From Pristiophorus japonicus (Eukaryota): 64,000 nt of DNA. The translations under genes and the position numbers were made by a program. Positions 24,363 through 38,783 of the stretch are shown here, piece after piece. The stretch is taken from assembly GCF_044704955.1 (NCBI RefSeq), contig NC_091989.1, forward strand, positions 111,352,001-111,416,000, read 5' to 3'. Each line of letters starts with the position of its first letter. Position 1 is the stretch's first letter. The notes beneath the pieces are model-generated. The model saw nothing but the letters and a program-made list of their open reading frames with translations, ran no database searches and was not told the DNA's origin.

Positions 24363-27300
24363 GAAACATAGAAAATAGGTGCAGGAGTAGGCCATTCGGC
24401 CCTTCGAGCCTGCACCACCATTCAATAAGATCATGGCTGATCATTCCCGCAGTTCCCCTTTCCTGCTTTCTCTCCATACCCCTTGATCTCTTTAGCTGTA
24501 AGGGCCATATCTAACTCCCTCTTGAATATATCCAATGAACTGGCATCAACAACTCTCTGCGGCAGGGAATTCCACAGGTTAACAACTCTGAGTGAAGAAG
24601 TTTCTCCTTATCTCAATCCTAAATGGTCTACCCCATATCCTAAGACTATATCCCCTGGTTCTGGATTTCCCCCAACATCGGGAACATTCTTCCCGCATCC
24701 AACCTGTCCAGTCCTGTCAGAATCTTATACATTTCTATGAGATCCCCTCTCATCATTCTAAACTCCAGTGAATAAAGGCCCAGTTGAACCAGTCTCTCTC
24801 TTCATATGTCAGTCCAGCCATCCCTGGAATCAGTCTGGTGAACCTTTGCTGCACTCCCTCAATAGCAAGAACATCCTTCCTCAGATTAGGAGACCAAAAC
24901 TGAACACAATATTCCAGGTGAGGCCTTGTACAACTGCAGCAAGGCCTCCCTGCTCCTTTCTCAAATCCGCTAACTATGAAGGCCAACATACCATTTGCCT
25001 TTTTCACCGCCTGCTGTACCTGCATGCCAACTTTCAACGACTGATGAACCATGGCACCTAGGTTTCGTTACACTTCCTCTTTTCCTAATCTGCCGCCATT
25101 CAGATAATATTCTGCCTTCATGTTTTTGCACCCTAAATGGATAACCTCACATTTATCCACATGATACTGCATCTGCCATGCATTTGCCCACTCACCTAAC
25201 CTGTCCAAGTCACCCTGCAGCCTCTTAGTGTCCTCCTCACAGCTCACACCGCCACCCAGTTTAGTGTCATCTGCAAACTTGGAGATATTACACTCAATTC
25301 CTTCATCTAAATCATTAATCTATATTGTAAAGAGCTGGGGTCCCAGCACTGAGCCCTGCGGCACTCCACTAGTCACTGCCTGTCATTCTGAAAATGACCC
25401 GTTTATCCTGACTCTCTGCTTCCTGTCTGCCAACCAGTTCTCTATCCACGTCAGTATATTACCCCCAATACCATGTGCTTTGATTTTGCACATCAATCTC
25501 TTGTGCGGGACCTTGTCAAAAGCCATTTGAAAGTCCAAATACACCACATTCACTAGTTCTCCCTTGTCCACTCTGCTTGTTACATCCTCAAAGAAATTCT
25601 GGAAGATTCGTCAAGCATGATTTCCCTTTCATAAATCCATGCTGACTTGGACCGATATTGTCACTTCTTTCCAAATGCGCTGCTATTTCATCCTTAATTA
25701 TTGATTCCAACATTTTTCCCACTACTGATGTCAGGCTAACCGGTCTATAATTACCCGTTTTCTCTCTCCCTCCTTTTTTTAAAAGTGGTGTTACATTAGC
25801 TACCCTCCAGTCCATAGGAACTGATCCAGAGTCGATAGACTGTTGCAAAATGATCGCCAATGCATCCACTATTTCTAGGGCCACTTCCTTAAGTACTCTG
25901 GATGTACACTATCAGGCCCCGGGGATTTATCGGCCTTCAATCCCATCAATTTCCCTAACACAATTTCCCACCTAATAAGGATTTTCTTCAGTTCCTCCTT
26001 CTCCCTAGACCCACTGTCCCCTAGTACATTCGGAAGGTTATTTGTGTCTTCCTTAGTGAAGACAGAGCCGAAGTATTTGTTCAATTGGTCTGCCATTTCT
26101 TTGTTCCCCATTATAAATTCACCTGAATCCGACTGCAAGGGACCTACGTTTGTCTTCACTAATCTCTTTCTCTTCACGTATTTATAGAAGCTTTTACAGT
26201 CAGTTTTTATGTTCCCTGCAAGATTCTTCTCGTACTCTATTTTCTCCCTCTTAATTAAAACCTTAGTCCTTCTCTGAATTCTAAATTTCTTGCAGTCCTC
26301 AGGTTTGTTGCTTTTCCTAGTCAATTTATATGCCTCTTCCTTGGTTTTAACACTCTCCATAATTTCCTTTGTTAGCCACGATTGAGCCATCTTCCCCGTT
26401 TTATTTTTACTCCAGAAAGGGATGTACAATTGCTGAAGTTCATCCATGTGATCTTTAAATGTTTGCCATTGCTTATCCACCGTCAACCCTTTAATTATCC
26501 TTTGTTAGTCTATTCTAGCCAGTTCACACCTCATACCGTCGAAGTTACCTTTCCTTAAGTTCAGGACCCTAGTTTCCGAATTAACTGTGTCACACTCCAT
26601 CTTAATAAAGAATTCTACCATATTATGGTCACTCTTCCCAAGGGGCCTCGCACAACAAGATTGCTAATTAGTCCCTTCTCATTACACATCACCCTGTCTA
26701 GGATGGCCAGCTCTCTAGTTGGTTCCTCGACATATTAGTCTAGAAAACCATCCCTAATACACTCCAGGAAATCCTCCTCCACCGCATTGCTACCAGTTTG
26801 GTTAGCCCAGTCAATATGTAGATTAAAAGCGCCCATGATAACTACTGTACTTTATTGCACACATCCCTTATTTCTTGTTTGATGCTGTCTCCAACTTCAC
26901 TACTACTGTTTGGTGGTCTGTACACAACTCCCACGAGCGTTTTCTGCCCTTTGGTATTCCGCAGCTCCACCCATACATATTCCACATCATCCAGGCTAAT
27001 GTCCCTCCTTACTATTGCATTAATTTCCTCTTTAACCAGCAATGCCACCCGCCTCCTTTTCCTCTCTGTCTATCCTTCCTAAATGTTTAATACCCCTGGA
27101 TGTTGAGTTCCCAGCCTTGGTCATCCTGGAGCCATGTCTCCGTGATGCCAATTATATCATATCCATTAACTGCTGTCTGCGCCGTTAATTTGTCCACCTT
27201 ATTCCGAAGACTCCTCGCATTGAGGCACAGAGTCTTCAGGCTTGTCTTTTTAACACATTTTGCCATTTTAGAATTTTGCTGTAATGTGGCTCTTTTTGTT

Positions 27301-28531
27301 TTTTGCCTTGGGTTTCTCTGCCCTCCACTTTTACTATTCTCCTTTCTATCCTTTTTCTTCTGCCTCCATTTTATTTTCCTCTGTCTCCCTGCATAGGTTC
27401 CCATTCCCCTGCCATGTTAGTTTAACTCCTCCCCAACAGCACTAGCAAACACTCCCCCGAGGACCTTGGTTCTGGCCCTGACCAGGTGCAGACTGTCCAG
27501 TTTGTACTGGTCCCTCCTCCCCCAGAACCGGTTCCAATGTCCCAGGAATTTGAATTGCTCCCTCTTGCACCACTCCTCAAGCCACGTATTCATCTGAGCT
27601 ATCCTGCGATTCCTACTCTATCATGTGGCACTGGTAGCAATCCTGAGATTACTATTTTTGAGGTCCTACTTTTTAATTTGGCTCCTAGCTCCCTAAATTT
27701 GTCTCGTAGGACCTCATCCCGTTTTTTACCTATATTGTTGGTACCTATATGCACCACGACAACTGGCTGTTCACCCTCCCTTTTCGGAATGTCCTGCACT
27801 TGCTCCGAGACATCCTTGACCCTTGCAGCCGCAGAAACACCTATCTATTCCCCTTACAGTCGAATCCCCTATCGCTATAGCTCTCCCACTCTTTCCTGCC
27901 CTCCTGTGCAGCAGAGCCACCCACGGTGCCATGAACTTGGCTGCTGCTGCCTTCCCCTGGTGAGTCATCCCCCTTCACAGTACCCAAAGCGGTGTATCTG
28001 TTTTGCAGAGGGATGACACTACCTACCTTCCACTGCTCTTCCTATTGGTCACCCATCTCTTATCTGGCTGTGTACCTTTAACCTGCGGTAAGACCAACTC
28101 GCTAAACGTGCTATTCACATCATTCTCAGCATCTTGGATGCTCCAGAGTGAATCCATCCACAGCTCCAGTGCCGCAAGTGGTCCGTCAGGAGCTGGAGGC
28201 GGATACACTTCCCGCACACGTAGTCGTCAGGGACATCGGAAGCGTCCCTGACTTCCCACATAGTACAGGAGGAGCATAACACATGTCCGAGCTGTCCTGC
28301 CATGTCTTAACCCTTAGATTAACTTAATTTGGCGGCAACAATGCTAAAAGGTTACTTACTGATGAAGAAAAGAAAAAAGAAAAACTACTTACCAATCACT
28401 TACCCCATTGGCTGTGACGTCACCTTTCGATTTCTTTCTACTTTTTTGCCTCCCTGCTGCAGCTGCACCGGCTGGCCTTTATAGGCCTCTGGCTGCTCGA
28501 TCTCCCGTCTCTCCGACGCACCTCGAACTCC
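24363..28531 (-). mobile_element. Near full-length CR1/HER1-like LINE (5' UTR, ORF1 zinc finger plus esterase, ORF2 APE-RT), degenerate, in intron 2 of the RBR gene
   Basis: ORF1 start MAGQLGHVLCSSCTMWE..CGKC (28303), VVVHIGTN esterase block, LNARS endonuclease, RT fragments, tail at 24363. Confidence 0.93.
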
Positions 28532-28611
28532 CCTATAAAGGCCAGGAGTCAGGGAGTTCGAGGTGCGTTGGTGAGGCGGGAGATCGAGCAGCCAGAAGCC
28601 TGTAAAGGCCA
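28472..28611. repeat. About 60-bp inverted repeat at the LINE 5' end
   Basis: The reverse complement of 28472-28531 matches 28550-28611 with about 6 mismatches; the spacer contains ctataaaggccag. Confidence 0.9.
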
Positions 28612-29456
28612 CCAGTCGGGAATAAATTACCAAGTATGGGAGAGATCAGAGGCACGGATTAGAGGGGGAATGGGTCAAGTATCTAGTTTCATTCAGTCCA
28701 ATATTTTCAAAGTTGCGTCCTGGTGATGCACTTCAGCTGCAGGATAACTGCAATGAATGCAACATTGTTATAAAACTATCGCACAGTGTGGTGCCAAGAT
28801 ATTAAGTGTACGCACATTCACAAAACAAGGTGAGCGGGTACTTTCAATATACAACCTGTGGGACTGCAAGGCATTTGCTAGACTTCTGAAGCTTTGCTGG
28901 GCTCCTCATTGTCGGTGTATTTTTGCATTCGTCCCCAGTATTACACCATAGAAAGGCCAGTCACTGCAACAAGATTGGTAACTTCCAAAGACATGAAGGA
29001 TGTGATTTAAATGCAAGTTCATTCATCGTCGTTTCAAATATGCATCCACATTGCCCAGCGATGATTAGCAATCATATATTGGCAGCAAAATTATGACTGC
29101 AGTAGGAAATATGCCATGAGATGTTCTTGCCTTTTTTATATATGTAAGGGCTCTGAATACCTCTTAAATTACACCTCCTGATGTACATTCTATATATAAA
29201 TTGTCAAACACACGTCATTAGATTCCAACCTGTAACTCGCACCCAAGGATTCCATTGTTCTGTATATTAAAAAAATAGAGACTCTCGATTAGTTGAGTGT
29301 GCATGTTACCCCCTGGCATATTCATTATTGATATCTCTCTCTAAGTGGTGCACAGTAGATATTTACAAGAATTTGAGTTCCATTTTTGACTGGGTAGTGG
29401 ACGAGCTCAGAACGATTGGTTGCAGCAGCTTTATTACAACAGTTGATTCTCTGTAG

Positions 29457-29606
29457 GGTCGCCTCACGTTTAACTGCCCCAAGTGTGCAAAGGAGTGGCC
29501 CTGGCAGGAGGTGCGGCAACTTTCCCAGTTGACGCAGGAGGAATGCGGACCCTATGAAGAGCAGCTTGGCAGGATAATGACACAAAAGGCTGAGTCATAC
29601 CGAAAG
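29457..29606 (+). CDS. RBR-like E3 ligase gene, coding exon 3 (GRLTFNCPKCAKEWPWQEVR...AESYRK)
   Basis: Acceptor ttctctgtag, donor AAG|GTAACT, 150 nt, phase 0-0, CPKC..EW motif. Confidence 0.88.
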
Positions 29607-29883
29607 GTAACTGTCATGTGTTTTAGGATTTTTTATCTTTTTTTTCAAATAAATGATTCAACGTTGAGCAATGATTGTGTTTTGACACCAAATGTATTCG
29701 GAGGTTTAAATTTTTTAAAGCTGCTGACGTTGTAGCTGTTTGTTAAAGCTTGACGAGCCAGTTTGTGACCTACAGTATACATCACATTGGGACAATGAGG
29801 TCAGTTGTCTTGTCCCAGGCCCATTCAGCCAGGCTGAATTCTATTCATGTTTTCTTTTGATCCATACCCAGAGGAGAGGGAGC

Positions 29884-32800
29884 TGATCATAGTTACTGGG
29901 AAATAAGTGTGACCGTAGTCCTTTATTACAGATCTGAGTGCTCTGTGAGGCCTCCTTATATACAGGTGCTCTCAAGGGATTGTGGGATCTCTAGGGAATA
30001 AGCCCTCTGGTGGTTAGACATGGTAATGACAGGTTTACATACATAACACTTCCCCCACCCCCCCCCCCTGCCAAACCCCGGCCCCCAAAGTCAATAGTGT
30101 AACCATTTACAATGAGTCGATACTTTCCCTGGTTGATCGTCTCGGTGCAAATGCTAGTGTGGGTGAGTCATTTGTTGGGCCTTCACTGGGCTGCTGCACA
30201 GCTGGTCTTGCTGGACTGCTGGGGGTAGTGAGCCTTGCTGGGCTGCTGCGGGTGATGGGTTCTGCTTCGTGGTCAACCGCTGGGTCGGTTGTCACTTGTG
30301 CGTGTGTTGGAGGGTCGAAAAAGGTAGTCTGTTGTGGGTTGTTCTGGATAGTCTGTAAACCTGAGTTTGGTTTGGTCCAAGTGTTTTCTACAGGTGAGTC
30401 CATTTACGAGTTGATTACAAACACCCTACTCCCCTCTTTGGCCAAAACAGTGCCAGCAATCCACTTGGGACCTTCTCCATAGTTCAACACAAATACAGGA
30501 TCATTTACTTCAATTTCGCATGACAGATTTGCGCGATCATGATATGTATTTTGTTGAAGCCGCATGCTCTCTACCTGTTCATGTAGATCAGGGTGGACTA
30601 ACAAGAGCCTTGTCTTAAGTGCCCTTTTCATGAGCAGTTCAGTGGGAGGGACCCCAGTGAGTGAGTGGGGTCTTGTGCAGTAACTAAACTCGGGATAAGC
30701 GAGTCTGCAGTGAGCCATCAGTTACCCTGTTCAAGCTCTGCTTGATTGTTTGAACTGCTCGTTCTGCCTGACTATTGGACGCTGACTTAAATAGAGCAGA
30801 CGTGACATGTTTGACCCCATTGTGGGTCATGAATTCCTTGAATTCAGCACTGGTAAAACAGGGTCCATTGTCACTTACAAGGACAATCAGGCAGGCCGTG
30901 TGTGGCAAACATGGGCCCGAAGGCTTTCAATGGTGGCAGTGGACATTCTTGCCGACATTATCTCACATTCAATCCATTTGGAGTACGCATCCTACAACCA
31001 GTAAAATATTTTTCCCAAGAATGGGCCTGCATAGTCGACATAAACCCTAGACCACGGTTTGGAGGGCCAAGGCCATCAACTTAGTGGCACCTCCCTGGGT
31101 GCATTGTTTAACTGGGAGCATGTTTTACATTTGTGCACAAAGGACTCTAAATCTGCACTGATACCGGGCCACCACATGTGGGATCTGGCTATCGCTTTCG
31201 TCATTACAATGCCTGGGTGGGTACTGTGGAGATCACTAATGAAAGTGTACCTGCCCTTTTTTGGCACAACTACCCGATTACCCGATAGGAGGCAGTCTGC
31301 CTGTATGGACATTTCACCTTTGCGCCGCTGTTATAGCTTTATTTCTTCCTGCATCTCGAACGGGACACTAGACCAACTCCCGTGGAGCACACTTTTTTTT
31401 TTTAGCTCGTCCAAGTTCTAATCTGTCGGGCGGTAACAGGTGATTGCTCTCTCTCGAATGCTTCCATTACCGTAACTAAATCTGCAGGCTTAGGCGGTGT
31501 CATGTGGTGGGCAATGGTAGCCTACTGAGAGCATCAGCACAGTTTTCTGTGGCGGATGGTATAGTTGTATGCGGACAACATGAGCGCCCATCTCTGGATG
31601 CGGGCTGATGCATTCGTATTTATCCCTTATTTTCAGAAGAGAGAGATTTAAGCGACTTATGGTCTGTTTCCAATTCAAATTTGAGCCCGAACAGATATTG
31701 ATGCATTTTCTTTACCCCTTAAACACACGAACGCTTCTTTTTCGATCATACTGTAGGCTCTCTCGGCCTTGGACAGACTTCTGGATGCATAAGTACCAGT
31801 TTCAATTTCCGAAATTCATTAGCTTGTTGCAATACACACCTGACCCCGTACAACGATGCATCACATGCTAGTACCAAATGTTTACATGGATCGTACAACA
31901 CAAGCAATTTGTTTGAACATAACAGCTTTCTAGCTTTCTCAAAGGCATTTTCTTGGCTTTTACCCCATACCCATTCATCTCCTTTATGCAGTAAAGAGTG
32001 CAGGGGTTTTAACAACATGCCAAGACCCGGTAAGAAGTTACCAAAATAGTTCAGGAGTCTTAGAAACGACCGCAGCTCTATTACGTTCTGTAGTCTTGGT
32101 GCATTTTTGATTGCTTCCGTCTTCGAATCGGTAGGCCTGATGCCGTCCGCCACGATTCTTCTCCACTTCAGGCGCCAGGAAAACGCACTTCGAGCATTTT
32201 AGCCTGAGCCTCACACGATTAAGTCGACTAAGAACCTCCTCCAGGTTCTGCAGGTGCTCGACGGTGTCCTGACCTGTACCCAAGATGTCATCCTGGAAGA
32301 CCACGGTGCGTGGGACCGACTTCAACAAGCTTTCCATGTTCCTCTGGAATATTGCCGTGGCCAATTGAATCCCAAACGGGCATCTGTTGTAAACGAAAAG
32401 ACCTTTGTGCGTGTTGATGCAGGTGAGGCCTTTCGAAGATTCCTCCAGCTCCTGCGTCATGTAGGCCGAGGTCAAGTCCAGCTTTGTGAGCGTTTTCCCT
32501 GCCGCCAGCATTACAAATAGGCCCGTCTGCCTTTGGTAGCAGGTATTGATCCTGCAGTGAGAAACGATTGATAGTTACTTTGTAATCACCGCAGGTTCTG
32601 GCGGTGCCATCTCCCTTGAGGACTGGAACAATCGGACTGACCCACTCATTGAATGCGAAATTATGCCCTCTCATTGTAGCCTGTCCAGCTCGATCTCCAT
32701 CCTCATCATGTAAGGTACCGCTCTCGCCTTGTGATGGGTCACACCCCCGAAATCAAATGGATCTGCACTTTTGCTCCTTGGAACTTCCCGATGCGTGGAT

Positions 32801-35800
32801 TGAACAGCGAGGGGAACTTGCTTAGGACCTGGGCACATGAGGTGATGGCGACGGACGAAAGCGCTTTGACGTCGTCCCAGTCCCAGCGTATCTTTCCCAA
32901 CCAACTCCTGCTGAACAGCGTGGGGCCATTGCCCAGTACCACCCAGAGTGGTAAATCGTGCCCTGCTCCATCGTAGGAGACCTTTACGGTAGCACTGCCA
33001 ATCAGATCCTTTGTGTAGGTTCTAAGTTTAATGCGAATGGGGGTCAGGACTGTCCTTGAAGCCTTGTTGCACCACAACTTATCAAAAGTTTTTTTACTCG
33101 TTATAGACTGACTTGCGCCCGTGTCCAGTTCCATGGACATCGGGAGTCCATTTAATTCAACCTTCAGCATTATCGGGGGACACTTTGTGGTAGATGTGTG
33201 CACCCCATATACCTCTGCCTCCTTGGTCTGAGGCTCTGGTTCATCATGATCCACCGTGGATCTGTCCTCCTCTGCAACATGGTGGTTTGCAGGGTTTGCA
33301 GCTCGCCTCCACATACGTTAGAGGTGTCCCATTGTTCCACAGCCCTTGCAAACGTATCCTTTGAAGCACCATGAATGGAATCAGTGATCACACCTGCAGC
33401 GCCAACAAGGTGTTAATGGCCTTGTATTCACCACGCTTAATGGCGGACTCTGAGTCATCTGCGGCCGTGCAGCTACAGGCGTGTAAGTCCTGCCATGTAC
33501 ATTTTGATTTGAAAACAACGTTACTTTGTTCACAGTACTTGCAACAGCACTAGTGTGCTGGGAAATTTGTTTGGTATTGTCACTGGTGGAGATAAATGCC
33601 TGGGCTATCGCTATGGCTTTACTCCAGGTTGGGGTCGCTACAGTCAAAAGTTTGCGAAGTATTACTTCATGGCCAATGCCAAGTACAAAGAAGTCCCTGA
33701 GCATGTGCTCCAAGTGTCCTTCAAATTCGCAATCTCCTTTAGCTCGGCGACATAGCTCGCCACTTCCTGACCTTCAGACCTCTTGTATGTGTAGAACCGA
33801 TACCTTGCCATCCGAACACTTTCCTTCAGGTTTAGATGCTCCCGGATCAGTGTGCACAACTCATCGTATGACTTGTCTATGGGTTTTGCTGGAGCGAGCA
33901 GGTTTTTCATGAGGCAATACGTTGGTGCCCCGCAAACGGTGAGGAGGATCGCCCTTCATTTGGCAGCGTTCCCTTCTCCTTCCAGCTAATTGGCCACAAA
34001 GTATTGGTCAAGTAGCTCCACAAAGGTTTCCCAATCATCTCCCTCTGAAAATTTCTCCAGGATGCCCACAGTTCTCTCCAATGCCCTACAGGGTCCTGAA
34101 CTTAAAGAAAGGTAACTTCGATGGTATGAGGCGTGAATTGGCTAGGATAGACTGGCAAATGATACTTACAGGGTTGACAGTGGATAGGCAATGGCAGACA
34201 TTTATAGATTACATGGATGAACTTCAACAATTATACATCCCTGTCTGGAGTAAAAATAAAGAGGGAAGGTAGCTCTACCATGGCTAACAATGGAAATTAG
34301 GAATAGTGTTAAATCCAAAGAAGAGGCATATAAATGTACCAGAAAAAGCAGCAAACCTGAGGACTGGGAGAAATTTAGAATTCAGCAGAGGAGGACAAAG
34401 AATCTAATTAGGAGGGGGAAAATAAAGTATGAGAGGAAGTTTGCAGGGATCATAAGAACTGACTGCAAAAAGCTTATATAGATATATGAAGAGAAAAAGA
34501 TTACTGAAGACCAACATATAGGTCCTTTGCAGTCAGAATCAGGTGAATTTATAATGGGGAACAAAGAAATTGCAGATCCAATCGAACAAATACTTTGGAT
34601 AGGAAGACACAAATAACCTTCCAGAAATACTAGGGGTTCGAGGGTCTAGTGAAAAGGAGGAACTGAAGGAAATCCTTATTGGTCAGAAAATTGTGTTAGG
34701 GAAATTGATGGGATTGAAGGGCGATAAATCTCCAGGGCCTGATAGGCTGCATCCCAGAATACTTAATGAAGTGGCCCTAGAAATAGTGGATGCATTGGTG
34801 ATCATTTTCCAACATTCTATTGACTCTCGATCAGTTCCTATGGACTGGAGGATAGCTAATGTAACACCACTTTTTAAAAAAGGTGGGAGAGAGAAAACAG
34901 GGAATTATAGACCAATTAGCCTAACATCGGTGGTGGGGAAAATGTTGGAATCAATTATTAAAGGTGAAATAGCAGCGCATTTGGAAAGCACTAACAGGAT
35001 TGGTCCAAATCAGCATGGATTTATAAAAGGGAAATCATGCTTGACAAATCTTCTAGAATTTTTTGAGGATGTAATTAGTAGAGTGGACAAGGGAGAACCA
35101 GTGGATGTGGTATATTTGGATTTTCAAAAGGCTTTTGGCAAGGTCCCACACAAGAGATTGGTGTGTAAATTTAAAGCACATGGTATTGGGGGTAATGTAT
35201 TGACATGGATAGAGAACAGGTTGGCAGACAGGAAGCAGAGAGAATGAATGGGTCCTTTTCAGAATGGCAGGCAGTGACCAGTAGGGTGCCGCAGGGTTCA
35301 GTGCTGGGACCCAAGCTATTTACAATATACATCAATGATATAGATGAAGGAATTGAATGTAATATCTCCAAGTTTGCAGATGACACTAAGCTGGGTGGCG
35401 GTGTGAGCTGTGAGGAAGATGCTAAGAGGCTGCAGGGTGACTTGGAAGGTTAGGTGAGTGGGCAAATGCATGGCAGATGCAGTGTAATGTGGATAAATGT
35501 GAGGCTATCCACTTTGGTGGCAAAATCAAGAAGACAGAATATTATCTGAATGGTGACAGATTAGGAAAAAGGAAGGTGCTGCAACAAGACCTGGGTATCA
35601 TGGTATATCAGTCATTGAAGTTTGGCATGCAGGTACAGCAGGAGGTGAAGAAGGCAAATGGCATGTTGGCCTTAATAGCTAGGGGATTTGAGTATAGGAG
35701 CAGGGAGGTCTTAATGCAGTTGTACAGAGCCTTGAGGAGGCCACACCTGGAATATTGTGTTCAATTTTGGTCTCCTAATCTGAGGATGGACATTCTTGCT

Positions 35801-36520
35801 ATTGAGGGAGTACAGTGAAGGTTCACCAGATTGATTCCTGGGATGGCAGGACTGACATATGAGGAGAGACTGGATCAACTTGACTTGTATCCACTGGAGT
35901 TTAGAGGAATGCGAGGGGATCTCATAGAAACATATAAAATTTTGACCGGATTGGACAGATTAAAGGCAGGAAGAATGTTCCCGTTGCTGGGGAGTTCCAG
36001 AACCAGGGGTCACAGTCTAAGAATAAGGGGTAAGCCATTTAGGACCGAAATGAGGAGAAACTTCTTCATTCAGAGTGGTTAACCTGTAGAATTCTCTACC
36101 GCAGAAAGTTGTTGAGGCCAGTTCGTTAAATATATTCAAAAGGGAGTTAGATATAGCCCTTGCGGCCAAAGGGATCAAGGGGTATGGAGAGAAAGCAGGA
36201 AAGGGGTACTGAGGTTGAATGATCAGCCATGATCATATTGAATGGCGGTGCAGGCTTGAAGGGCTGAATGGCCTGCTCCTGCACCTATTTTCTATGTTTG
36301 TTGCATTGGGATTCATCATCTGTATCTCGTTGCCAGTTGTTATCTCTTCGATAAAGTAAGTGTGACTGTAGTTCTTTATTACAGATCTCAGAGTACCTCT
36401 CCAGCCTGTGAGGCCTCCTAATATACAGGTGCTCCCAAGGGATTGTGGGATCCCTTGAGACTCCAGGGGATAAGCCATCTGGTGGTTAGACATGGTAATT
36501 ACAGGTTTATATACATAACA
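29884..36520 (-). mobile_element. Degenerate Ty3/Gypsy LTR retrotransposon, interrupted by a CR1 at 34081-36298
   Basis: Domain order gag, PR (MELDTGAS), RT (LDLTSAY, FQDD), RNase H (LACDAS), INT (LHSTHPG..C..C, SDNGP). LTRs at about 29884-30048 and 36338-36520. PBS TGGCAACGAG at 36326-36335 and polypurine tract at 30049-30068. Confidence 0.92.
34081..36298 (+). mobile_element. 5'-truncated CR1/HER1-like LINE inserted at the Gypsy gag start
   Basis: RT ORF fragments 34693-36082; tail cctattttctatg at about 36285-36296. Confidence 0.93.
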
Positions 36521-38299
36521 GAAAAGATGTTAGATGGACGATCCCTACTCACTGGCCAGCCGTATAGACTGAGAAAAGGACAAAGTGACGTGGGCAGTGA
36601 GTAAAACCAACTAGCTCTGAGGTGGGAGCCTGGCCTAGTGAGGTGGAATATACCTAACGCCAGCCCACAGCCAGTTAGAATCAGCAAGGCTAATCAGAAA
36701 AAGTCAAGTAAGCCCACTAATGTGGATTGTATGGGCCATTTCCTGTTCTTGTGGAGGGTTCTGCAGTTAGTTAAATCAAGGCAATATTCGAGTACATATG
36801 TTCTATATCTTCACTTACTGTCGGTAAAGCAGTTTAATGATTTGTATCTGGTCTTCTCTACAGTGTTGCTCAGTTTGAGCTCAAACATTGGAGAAGGGCA
36901 CACGGGTATGTGTGTGAAATGCACAATATCCAGTTCAGATCAGAAGGGGTCCTATATTTACCCACTCCGGTTTACGCTATCGTATAATTAAATATTGGGC
37001 AGTAGGGGCATACTCCTTAATGCAAGTTATTCAGACCACTTCTAGAAATGACCAGCACCACTGTACCCTAGAGAATATCTGAGGCAAACGTGTAACAGTG
37101 ACTATTAAAGATAAAGCCCCAGCAGTTATCATACTGGTTCAAATGTATTCCTTTTTGGTTAATTCCTCTCCACTTTACTAATTTCCCACTTGGCATCAGC
37201 ACTGTAACTTAAATGGGAGCGAAGGAAAAGTACTGCTCGACTTTTGCCAATGTAAAAACAAGATATACAAGAAGGTACAGTATCTTCTATTTCGACATCC
37301 AACATCACGTCGGTCTTGGCGATACCCTAATTTTTTTTCACAACCTCAATACATCACAAAAGGTAAAATCATTAATATTAATGTAAAGATGAAGAGGCAA
37401 GAAGGTTCAGGAGAGAAGAGAAGTGAAGAAAGTGGCCAGGAACAGGAAAGACCAAGTGGGAGACTGAGTGAGGTTGAGATGGAGGGAGATGCAGACTCAG
37501 TAAGCTGGTCGGTTAATGTTTTGGTGGGGCGGGGGAAGAGACGGGGATCTGAGTCTAGGCTAAAGGGTAAGAGAGAAAATCTAAAATGGGATAATTCCCA
37601 TGCAAAATTGCACCATTCTGCCTCACAGCTACTCTGACATTGTGCTTCAATAATAACTGGAAATTATGCAGGGGCCCATCAGATGGCCTCTGCATATAAT
37701 AATAACATTGCAAACAAAATGGGGACAAACTGAATAGAAACATTTTAAAACATTGAATAAGTAGCTTGTAGCCCTTTGCAGCTGTAAATAGAACACAAAA
37801 GGAACTGGCGGTTAATAGAAAATAAACGGCTCATTGTGGCTAGCGAACCCAGCCATTCGTCGTAGTGCTGGTGAATTTTGCAACTGACTATTGTGTGAGC
37901 TATTTCTGGAAACCTTCAGTCCCTTGCCTTCAGCCCTTCATATAAACATGTGCTCACAAAATCTGACAAGATTTCAAATTCCCTGGATTTAAAAAAAAAA
38001 ATTGATGTTAGATGGATAGATCCATCACTGTTGACTTTGAGTGCTAACTAACCAAACATTTGAACGTCAAACTTGTGTGGTAGCAATTACTAAGATGAAA
38101 AGATGTTCAGAGGTAGAAAGAGAATCTCCAAGCGATTCAGAAGTTATGTTGACTATAAAACAATGACGAGAACAGATTTGAATTGTGATCAGTTTTGGTC
38201 ATGAGATTTGAGAAAGAGAATAGGAGATACTGACCAGAGGTCAAAGGAGGACATTAAGCAACATACTCAGTCTTAAGCAGGTATGCTTGAAGTGTTAAA

Positions 38300-38540
38300 G
38301 AATGGCAAACTGTTCTAATTGGAATAGAAATCTGGAATTCTCCCTCCCAAAAGGCTGTGGATGCTGGCACAATTAGAGCTTTCAGGACTGAGATTGATTG
38401 ATTTTTGTTAGGTATGTGTATCAAGGGATATGGAGCTGAGATGGGTAAATTGAGTTGAGCTACAGAGCAGCCATGATCTAATTGAATGATGGAGCAGGCT
38501 CGAGGGGCTGAATGGCCCACTCCTATTCCTATGTCCCTAT
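38300..38540 (+). mobile_element. Old CR1 3' end fragment
   Basis: tctggaattctccctcccaaaaggctgtggatgct...ggagcaggctcgaggggctgaatggcccactcct. Confidence 0.75.
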
Positions 38541-38783
38541 CAATAATTAGCACAATGGCAGAGAAATCTGCAATCCAAGATGCAAAAATCAGGAACAGGA
38601 TCAGTGGGCTAATGTTGGAGTAGCTCTGTGTGATGAAACAGGAGATACCAAGCCAAAATGTAAATGATACAGTTCTACATTTTTCAGTTCTAATTTCATT
38701 CCTCGCTCCCCAACCCCCCATTCAAATCCCTAACATAAATAGATACATTTGTCACTAATTCCTTTTCTCATTTTGTCTTTCAG

